Below are positions 1-6,831 of a stretch of DNA of 10,546 nt, one piece after another. Below the pieces are notes generated by a model, which ran no database searches, was not told the origin of the DNA, and saw nothing but the letters and a program-made list of their open reading frames with translations. This DNA is from Candidatus Thorarchaeota archaeon SMTZ1-45 (GTDB taxonomy: Archaea > Asgardarchaeota > Thorarchaeia > Thorarchaeales > Thorarchaeaceae). The position numbers and the translations under genes are program-made. The stretch is from the NCBI GenBank assembly GCA_001563335.1, contig LRSL01000022.1, forward strand, positions 1 to 10,546, given 5' to 3'. Each line of letters starts with the position of its first letter. Position 1 is the first letter of the stretch.

Positions 1-1
1 A

Positions 2-2818
2 GAGCAGAATGGTGTCTACATGTCTGTTCTGGGCGATTTCACAGGAGATGGTCATCTGGATGTGGCCGCTGTTTGGTCTTGGACACCAACGCAGTACAAT
101 CTCACAGTCTACACAGCCTATAATGGCACATATTGGGGAGGTTATTTGGGCAACCAGTACATCTCCAGAACAACATATGACAATGGAACTCTATACACAG
201 GAGGTAACTACGGATACCAGTACGTGCCAGTCCAAGGTGTTGCTGCTGACTGGGATGATGATGGTATAGAGACCTTGGTCCTTCAGATGAACTCTGATGT
301 TTACAATGATTCAGCTGGTCATGCACTGTTAGAAACTTCAACAGTATTGTATCATCACTATGAGGGAAATCCAACTGCCATTGAGCTGAACTCCACATTT
401 GGTCTAGCAACTCAACCCTACGGGTACGATTTCACCGCACCGCCAATGGTAGCTGCAGACTTCATCACAGAGAGTGGAAATAGGGACTGGATTGCTGTAG
501 CTGTACCACTCAATGAAACCCATAGGACAGTGAGGATAGTGAGTAATGCTGGTGCAATGTTAGCAAGTGTTGATCTGGTAAGAGCGCACACATCATGGCT
601 CGTGGCTGCTGACATAAATGGTGATGGGATCGATGACCTTGTCCTTACTGACTTCAACTTTGAGGGATACGAGGGATTCCCAAGTCCATCTGTCATTGCA
701 GCGCTTGATGGGAGGGACTTGAGTGTCATCTTCGAAGAACTCCCCTGTACAAATGGCTGGCAAGGAATAGCAGCTCTCCATGTTGATGTAGCTGACATTG
801 ACTCAAGCAGTCCGGGTCTTGAAATCGTTGCCAGTGGAATGAACTGCCTGGTTGTCTTCGGTGCAGCTGGAAACCTGCTCTACTATGAGACCTTTGAAGG
901 TGTAGGGCTCTTCTCGTTCTTTGTCGATATTGACGAAGATGGAAGCCTTGAGATAGTCAGGGCTCTCTCAAATTGGTCGCTGTGGGCAAGTGGTTATTCC
1001 TCAGTCCTCTCCACGATAACCGAGTTTGTCATGATGATACCTGGTAGCCTCACAGCTGATGAGTGGTTTGCATACCTGAATGAGAATGCAACAGTTTCAG
1101 CTCAGTTCATTGCGCCTTTCGAGGACACAACCGGTGTCAATATCACACTTTGGAATGCAACTGTGATGCCGGGACAAGGATTCTATGATTTGGACCTACA
1201 CAGTCCGATAATCGACTCTCGTGTCGTGGATCTAACAGCAGGAGTTCCATACTTATTCCAGTATGAATGGAACAGTAGTTTGGAGTCATGGAACCAAATG
1301 GCATTCACTGTCGACAATCATACTTCTGTTGATATGACCATTGGAGTCTTTGCCATACCAATTCCTCGGCAGTCTGTCACCTATGCAGACTATCAGGATC
1401 TTATCAACAAGGGTCTCCGCTGGCTCTTGACAGAACAGCAGGCTAATGGTAGCTGGTTGGCTTCAACCGAGTACGAAGGTGACCAATGGGATGCTCCGAG
1501 CGTTGCATCCACAGCAATGGCAGTAATCTCACTCATCAATAACGGAACTGTCAGTAGCAATGTTCTGGATGCTGTGAATTGGATCCTACTACAGCAGAAT
1601 AGTACCACAGGGGCAATATTCCACCAGTCTCAGAATCAGACCGATGTTGTTGAGACCACATGGGCGATTCTTGCATTAAAAGCATTCAATGGTACGCTTT
1701 CATCATATAACACAACAATCAATGATGCTATCACAGCAGCCTCGGACTGGTTGATGTCAGCTCAGTACCAGATTGGGTATGTCTACTATGAAGAGGGACA
1801 GCCACAGATGGTGACTGAGAACTCTCTTGTATACGGCGGATGGAGTCCTCGGGCAAACTATACTGACGAGCCTGTTGACACCCATGTGACGAGTCTAGCC
1901 TTGTTCGCACTCAGCTTTGGTGGAGCGTCATCAAGTGAACCATTTGACAGAGCTCAGGTGTTCATTACAAGAGCTCAGAACTACCTTCAGACCAATCCAC
2001 TTGGTCTCAAGACTAATGACGGTGGTTTCTTGGGAATACCAAACCGGCAGGTAGGATCGATTGGTTCAGCAACAGGAGCTGGTGTCTTTGCGATGGCAGT
2101 TTCAGGTGCATCTCAGACGAACCCTGAAGGTTTCCAAGCTGCAATTGACTGGATCAATAACAACTTCATTGTTGACGAACATGTTGGTATCGAGAATTAC
2201 CTAGGAGGGCTATACTTCACTCGGATGTTGTTCATCACCGACTATTGGTTCTTCTTGAATCTCGGGATGATTATTGGAGGTCCTTATTTTAATGGAGCTC
2301 AGTTTGCCATGCTCGACCAGGTGATTGCTGACTTTGCACAGCCAGACGCTGGTGATACTGCAAGTTGGGGCTCATTCTTCGGAGGAGATGCTTGGAGAGC
2401 TACGGCTATGAGTGTCATGACACTTCAGACAAGACATGGTCCTAATCCGGGTAAGATTCGTGTTGAGATGCATTCCAACGCATATCTAACGATGATGGCA
2501 CCGGATGGTAGCACAATCGGATACAATCACACCACAGGTCTAGATATGACTCCTCTTGGATCGACCTACAGCGGTGCAGGTTCGGACCCACAGGTGATTG
2601 AAATACCTAATCCGCAGAAAGGGCATTGGACAATAGTAGCTGATGGAAACAGTACAGGGACTATCGACATCTATGTGATGTCCTATAGTTCTGGTGGATA
2701 CCAAGTCCTTAAACAGCTCATCGTAAACTTCGATGTAAATGATACCTCAAGTTTGGAGTTTGATCTCAATGTGATTAGGATGATAGACATCATCGGATGC
2801 TCCTTCACAACTCGCTAG
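2..2818 (+). CDS. Large secreted/surface glycoprotein, N-terminal part (5'-truncated): FG-GAP/VCBS repeats, beta domain, prenyltransferase/squalene oxidase-repeat alpha/alpha barrel, C-terminal beta-sandwich
   Basis: The frame is open to the window edge (EQNGVY precedes ATG 20), so the true start is upstream. Six FG-GAP-like Asp loops lie at ~20-965: GDFTGDGHLDV, ADWDDDGIETL, ADFITESGNRDW, ADINGDGIDDL, ADIDSSSPGLEI, VDIDEDGSLEI. QW-type repeats lie at ~1390-2440: KGLRWLLTEQQANGSW, AVNWILLQQNSTTG, ASDWLMSAQY...GGW, AQVFITRAQN...DGGF. An HS...APDG..IG..Y beta domain follows at ~2450-2790. About 22 N-x-S/T sequons counted by eye. Confidence 0.85.
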   Translation, partial: EQNGVYMSVLGDFTGDGHLDVAAVWSWTPTQYNLTVYTAYNGTYWGGYLGNQYISRTTYDNGTLYTGGNYGYQYVPVQGVAADWDDDGIETLVLQMNSDVYNDSAGHALLETSTVLYHHYEGNPTAIELNSTFGLATQPYGYDFTAPPMVAADFITESGNRDWIAVAVPLNETHRTVRIVSNAGAMLASVDLVRAHTSWLVAADINGDGIDDLVLTDFNFEGYEGFPSPSVIAALDGRDLSVIFEELPCTNGWQGIAALHVDVADIDSSSPGLEIVASGMNCLVVFGAAGNLLYYETFEGVGLFSFFVDIDEDGSLEIVRALSNWSLWASGYSSVLSTITEFVMMIPGSLTADEWFAYLNENATVSAQFIAPFEDTTGVNITLWNATVMPGQGFYDLDLHSPIIDSRVVDLTAGVPYLFQYEWNSSLESWNQMAFTVDNHTSVDMTIGVFAIPIPRQSVTYADYQDLINKGLRWLLTEQQANGSWLASTEYEGDQWDAPSVASTAMAVISLINNGTVSSNVLDAVNWILLQQNSTTGAIFHQSQNQTDVVETTWAILALKAFNGTLSSYNTTINDAITAASDWLMSAQYQIGYVYYEEGQPQMVTENSLVYGGWSPRANYTDEPVDTHVTSLALFALSFGGASSSEPFDRAQVFITRAQNYLQTNPLGLKTNDGGFLGIPNRQVGSIGSATGAGVFAMAVSGASQTNPEGFQAAIDWINNNFIVDEHVGIENYLGGLYFTRMLFITDYWFFLNLGMIIGGPYFNGAQFAMLDQVIADFAQPDAGDTASWGSFFGGDAWRATAMSVMTLQTRHGPNPGKIRVEMHSNAYLTMMAPDGSTIGYNHTTGLDMTPLGSTYSGAGSDPQVIEIPNPQKGHWTIVADGNSTGTIDIYVMSYSSGGYQVLKQLIVNFDVNDTSSLEFDLNVIRMIDIIGCSFTTR

Positions 2819-3734
2819 ATTGGAAGTCACAGCCACTTCTACCGATGTTACTATTGGAGCTATTGAAGGACCCGAAGCTCTAGAGCATACATGGTATCTC
2901 TATGATGCCACTGACACCTCAACTCCTCTGACATCAGGCACTCTCATATGGAATGGAGTTGACTCTCGATGGGAAACAACTGTCGACCGCGGATACCTCG
3001 CAAGTGGTGAATATTACTTCTCGGTAGCAATGAGGAGTATTCATTCTGGAACCACAATGAAGAACCAGACTCCAACCTTCATACTCGACCACCAGTTGTC
3101 GTACTCTCTCCCGACAGTCACCTATGACCAGAACACTCAGACATTTGCATCTGGTAGTTTTGAGGTGAATAGCACATATGTGCCTCATGGAACGTTGGAT
3201 GACATAGAGGCTACGACACATGATTGGTATCTTTATGATGCGTCATCAGGAGGCACCATGGTAGCGTCTGGTACACTGGCGTATGCCACAGGCGAATTCT
3301 CAATCGGAAACACATCTGTGGCCGATATCCAAGAGGGTAGCTACTATCTACGGATATACATTGTAACTTCACAGGCAGCAATGTGGGTGAATGGTTCAAG
3401 TGTCGCATTTGTCTTGCAACACACCCTGACCCTTAGTGGTGCTGCGTGGGGCTTCAGCGCGCCACAAGTCACACTCTCTGGATTGACTGCAACCAGTAGC
3501 TATGGACCCATCGGTTCTGTTGACAACATCGAAGCGACCAACAGCAGCTACTATATCTTTACATCAACAGGACAGTTCACAGGTCTCAGTGGTTCTCTGA
3601 CCTACTCATCTGGAGAGTGGACAGCCGCAGTAGATGTGTCATCGCTTGCAGCTGGGGACTACTACATCTATGCAGTTATTTCAGATGGAATCAACGAGGC
3701 TTCGACAGCACACTTCGATTTCACAATTGAAGAG
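2787..3734 (+). repeat. Three tandem protein-level repeats (~2787-3089, 3090-3419, 3420-3734)
   Basis: Shared pattern GAIEGPEALEHTWYLYD / GTLDDIEATTHDWYLYD / GSVDNIEATNSSYYIFT, then SGTL/SGTL/SGSL, then GEYY/GSYY/GDYY. Repeats 1 and 2 end FILD-H and FVLQ-H. Confidence 0.8.
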
Positions 3735-3908
3735 GTCACAACTACGACACCACCAACAACTACACCTACTGCACCCACCACGACTACCACACCAACAGCC
3801 CCTCCAAGTGAGATGGACCCAACAATGTTAATCATTCTGCTTGGTGGAGTAGGTGCGGTTATCGTGATAGTTGTCATCTTAGTGCTGCTTAGGAAGAAAC
3901 GGTCTTAG
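2787..3908 (+). CDS. C-terminal part of membrane-anchored surface protein: three ~105-aa beta-rich (Ig-like) repeats, Thr/Pro linker, TM anchor with basic tail; probably the frameshifted continuation of the upstream ORF
   Basis: The ORF track starts it at TTG 2820, but the frame is open from 2787 (TSSDAPSQLARL-EVT). It has no signal peptide and 5 sequons. It ends TTTTPPTTTPTAPTTTTTPTAPP-SEMDPT-MLIILLGGVGAVIVIVVILVLL-RKKRS. Confidence 0.8.
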   Translation, partial: TSSDAPSQLARLEVTATSTDVTIGAIEGPEALEHTWYLYDATDTSTPLTSGTLIWNGVDSRWETTVDRGYLASGEYYFSVAMRSIHSGTTMKNQTPTFILDHQLSYSLPTVTYDQNTQTFASGSFEVNSTYVPHGTLDDIEATTHDWYLYDASSGGTMVASGTLAYATGEFSIGNTSVADIQEGSYYLRIYIVTSQAAMWVNGSSVAFVLQHTLTLSGAAWGFSAPQVTLSGLTATSSYGPIGSVDNIEATNSSYYIFTSTGQFTGLSGSLTYSSGEWTAAVDVSSLAAGDYYIYAVISDGINEASTAHFDFTIEEVTTTTPPTTTPTAPTTTTTPTAPPSEMDPTMLIILLGGVGAVIVIVVILVLLRKKRS

Positions 3909-3927
3909 AATATAGTAACCAACATCT

Positions 3928-3970
3928 TTGAAGAGAGGCTTGTCCTCTCTTCGACCTTTTCTTTTTCTCT
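3928..3970 (+). terminator. Intrinsic terminator-like hairpin plus U-tract after the surface-protein gene
   Basis: GAAGAGAGG (3930-3938), loop CTTGT, CCTCTCTTC (3944-3952) form a perfect 9-bp stem, followed by CCTTTTCTTTTTCTCT. It sits ~20 nt after the stop at 3908. Confidence 0.75.
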
Positions 3971-4092
3971 ATGTTATGACACTGACCCAATCTTTCGTTG
4001 TCTATTCTAGGTGGGTATTCAGGGTCAAGAATAAATGTGAAAAAACTCTAATCTTCAGGCTCTTACTTGGAACATGATTATTTGTTGGGGAA

Positions 4093-4791
4093 ATGAATAT
4101 GAAACGAATAGGGATACTCGGGGGAACTAGTCCTGAGTCAACAGTATCATATTACTCCACAATCATTCATGAGTATACAAAACAATACAACGACCATAAC
4201 TATCCAGAGATTCTGATTTTCAGTGTATCATTCCAAAAGGTCATTGATTGGACACATGAAAAAAGGCTTGACCTTATCGCTCAGGAACTTTCTCGGGGAC
4301 TGAAGATACTTCAGAAGGCGGGAGCAGACTTTGGACTCATCGCTGCAGTCACCCTACACATCGTTTATGATGAGGTCTCGAAGACGGTTGAGATACCACT
4401 GCTTCATCTGGCTGATGTCACTGCTGACGCCATACAGAAGGATGGCTATGCAGTTGTGGGATTGATGGGGACTTTGACCACCATGAGAGAGAAGTTCTTC
4501 AGGGCACATCTACAAAGTCATGGGATTAAGACCATTGTTCCAGAAGAGAGTATGCAGAACGAGATTGATAGGATTCTATACAAAGAGGCTTCTTTGGGTA
4601 TAATAAAAGACGAATCGCGCCAGGTGTTTCTAGATGTTGTTGACTTCTTTGAGAACAATGGAGCTGATGGGGTTGTCTTAGGTTGCACAGAGATTCCGCT
4701 GCTCTTGAAACAAGAACACACAGATGTCCCACTCTATGATACAACCTATCTCCATGCACGAGCAGCTCTTGATCTTGCGCTCAAGGGCTGA
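4093..4791 (+). CDS. Aspartate/glutamate racemase family protein (YgeA/RacX-like)
   Basis: N-terminal MKRIGILGGTSPESTVSYY, GADF.LIAAVTLH, VGLMGT..TM, and GADGVVLGCTEIPLL...DTT.LHA motifs. Length of 232 aa is typical. The start may be ATG 4099. Confidence 0.93.
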   Translation: MNMKRIGILGGTSPESTVSYYSTIIHEYTKQYNDHNYPEILIFSVSFQKVIDWTHEKRLDLIAQELSRGLKILQKAGADFGLIAAVTLHIVYDEVSKTVEIPLLHLADVTADAIQKDGYAVVGLMGTLTTMREKFFRAHLQSHGIKTIVPEESMQNEIDRILYKEASLGIIKDESRQVFLDVVDFFENNGADGVVLGCTEIPLLLKQEHTDVPLYDTTYLHARAALDLALKG

Positions 4792-4883
4792 CGAGTTTGA
4801 GTTGTGGATTGTTCAAAGAACAAGACCAATAACATTTGGAAACAAGTCGAATAAGTTTGGACAACTTAGAAATTGATGAGGAT

Positions 4884-5561
4884 CTAGTAGATGTGAGGCA
4901 AAAGTCGCCATGTGCGATTCATATACTCCGCGTATTCCTCTCCAAAGGTTTCCAGGAGTATCTTTTCCTCCAACAACATACGACTCCTGAAGACAGCGAA
5001 TAGACCTATCACAGTTACGATGGTCACAATCAGGCTACCGAATGAGAACGAATATCCTGCAAAGAGGAGAAGGAATCCCAGATATTGTGGATTCCTGACA
5101 TGTCTGTACATGCCATCGGTGATTAGATGATGGTCCTTCTCGATGGCAATCTTCGCACCTCCATAGTGACCAATCTGAAATCTACTTGCTAGGAGGATTA
5201 TCGATCCAACTAGAAGAACTAGGACGCCTATTAGAACCATGAGCAACAAGAGTTCTAGTAGGTACATCGAAGTCAGATAGTGCCACTCATAATGCGGTAG
5301 AGCAACCATGAACGGAAAGAGGAGGAAGGCAAGTGCGACTATTGCTTGATTGTATCTATCGCTTTGTGTGGAGATAGACCTAATCGCAACATCAATGCAT
5401 ATGAAGAGGGAGAGGAGCGCAATTGGAACAAGTGTTACCAGGTTGGTGTAAACCTCTGGTGAGAAGATGAGAAAGATGGAGTTCATGAAGACCAGTACGA
5501 GAATTACACCAATTGATTTCTTTGCTATTGTTTGAAGATCTGACACTAGATTTTCTATCAT
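4884..5561 (-). CDS. Isoprenylcysteine carboxyl methyltransferase (ICMT/Ste14/PEMT-like) family membrane protein
   Basis: Multi-TM protein with the signature HHLITDGMYRHVRNPQYLG and the C-terminal R...EEKILLETFGEEYAEYMNRTWRLLP. Confidence 0.9.
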   Translation of the reverse strand: MIENLVSDLQTIAKKSIGVILVLVFMNSIFLIFSPEVYTNLVTLVPIALLSLFICIDVAIRSISTQSDRYNQAIVALAFLLFPFMVALPHYEWHYLTSMYLLELLLLMVLIGVLVLLVGSIILLASRFQIGHYGGAKIAIEKDHHLITDGMYRHVRNPQYLGFLLLFAGYSFSFGSLIVTIVTVIGLFAVFRSRMLLEEKILLETFGEEYAEYMNRTWRLLPHIY

Positions 5562-5675
5562 GAGGTCTCTTCATAGGTCTGTCGCTCACCATGTCTTGAT
5601 GTTCCAATCAGAAACAGCGTGTCATTGCTGCACTGGTTTTGTATACATTGAATTTAGTGATTGGTAGTAATGGTG

Positions 5676-6575
5676 TTATGATGCCTTTATTTTGTCATGA
5701 AAATCTGCAATCTCCGCCTGAATGTCAGCTCCAACGCCGAGGATGTCCATTGGTTTGGGAACAACGAATGCGATTCTGAAGATTACCCCTAAATTCACAT
5801 TTGCCCAGTACATGACCTCAGGTTTCTCAAGAAATTTGTATTCATACCTATCACATACTTCATTGATATACTTCATGACTTTCTTCATGGAATAGTCCTT
5901 GTGTACTTGGACGTCGAATGTATACCGATAGACTTCTGTCCCCTTTGCAAGGTCTTTCAATCCACCTAGTGCTGATTTTAGCTTACCTCCACGATCATGT
6001 TTTTCTGCCTCTACGCCTCGATCAAACATTAATTCGTCTGCTCTTACTCTAAAATTCGTGACGTCAGAATCAACAACCCTGCTGTTTGGAACAACCTTTT
6101 TGGTCATGTCCGGAAGCAGCAGGCGAGTATAGTTTAATGTAAGTTCTGTCACAATACCTTCTTCACTGCCAATACGTACATAATCACCAACTCGAAAAGG
6201 TCTTGATCCGAGTACATAGAATCCACTGACCATATTTGCAAGAGCTCTTGAGAAGGCAAGCCCGATTGCAGTTCCGAATATTGCGCCTCCTGTGATTATT
6301 GCTGTGCCAGATATTATGGTTGTGGCTGACAATATGGTGGTTAGACCAACAGCGAAGAAAATAAGACGCGTTATGAGGCGTATACCACTTATTGCTTCAG
6401 GTGGCATCCCTACCCGTCGAAATGAAACTGTGATGCTACGCATAATAACTAGATAGATCACATAGAGTACCAGAAGGAATGGGATGAGTGCGACAATTTC
6501 TGCATAGTAACCAAGTCCAAATGGAGAAAGAAGTTCTCTTATAATCTCAACAAAGGGATTAACTATATCCTGCAC
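5676..6575 (-). CDS. Small-conductance mechanosensitive channel (MscS family)
   Basis: Three hydrophobic segments, then AIGLAFSRALANMVSGFYVLGSRPFRVGDYVRIG..EGIVTELTLNYTRL....VVPNS. The GTG start is preceded by GGTGAT. Confidence 0.9.
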   Translation of the reverse strand: MQDIVNPFVEIIRELLSPFGLGYYAEIVALIPFLLVLYVIYLVIMRSITVSFRRVGMPPEAISGIRLITRLIFFAVGLTTILSATTIISGTAIITGGAIFGTAIGLAFSRALANMVSGFYVLGSRPFRVGDYVRIGSEEGIVTELTLNYTRLLLPDMTKKVVPNSRVVDSDVTNFRVRADELMFDRGVEAEKHDRGGKLKSALGGLKDLAKGTEVYRYTFDVQVHKDYSMKKVMKYINEVCDRYEYKFLEKPEVMYWANVNLGVIFRIAFVVPKPMDILGVGADIQAEIADFHDKIKAS

Positions 6576-6580
6576 TAGTA

Positions 6581-6586
6581 ATCACC
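6581..6586 (-). promoter_or_regulatory. Shine-Dalgarno-like GGTGAT upstream of the MscS gene
   Basis: The minus strand reads ccgtGGTGATtacta-GTG, an archaeal-type RBS 5 nt before the start codon. Confidence 0.55.
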
Positions 6587-6831
6587 ACGGTTTTAGATTA
6601 AATGGAATCCATCATAAATACTCTGAAAGAGCAAAAACACAGGAGGTCTTGCGAATTCTTTGATAGTTTCAATAAGTGAATCATAACGATGGGTGTAATG
6701 TTACTGAATCAAGTTGTCCTCTGCACTAAGTCTCCACGAGATTCCTGATTTATGATGTCCTCATAAGGACCTGTGTCCTGTTGTTATGAGTGTTTTGAAT
6801 ACTTTGGCTATTATATCAAAGTCAAGCTTCT

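Noticed and set aside
9-1608. Short alternative-frame and antisense ORFs (9-269, 102-410, 418-798, 593-781, 1393-1608)
   Set aside because: They overlap the motif-supported surface-protein gene and have no recognisable features, so they are shadow ORFs.
2798-2818. Cys near the ORF1 C-terminus (GCSFTTR) as a possible CaaX substrate
   Set aside because: The Cys is sixth from the end rather than fourth, and the tail is probably out-of-frame read-through after the frameshift.
3738-3806. AC-rich low-complexity tract resembling a tandem repeat
   Set aside because: It encodes the Thr/Pro linker (TTTPTAP twice) with varied third positions and is not a DNA repeat array or CRISPR.
2934-3877. ORFs 2934-3221, 3211-3408, 3634-3831 and the Val/Gly-rich 3668-3877
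   Set aside because: They are shadows of the repeat/anchor gene. The hydrophobic Val/Gly run is simply the antisense of the Thr/Pro linker codons.
4789-4800. TGA stop of the racemase as possible selenocysteine
   Set aside because: It falls at the normal family C-terminus, is not at a catalytic position, and a second in-frame TGA follows three codons later.
4518-5607. ORFs 4518-4721, 4526-4759, 4912-5130 and 5392-5607
   Set aside because: They overlap the racemase or ICMT genes and show no motifs.
6576-6831. Intergenic region as a SECIS element, C/D-box sRNA or tRNA
   Set aside because: There is no in-frame-UGA selenoprotein nearby, no canonical RUGAUGA/CUGA pairing and no cloverleaf.
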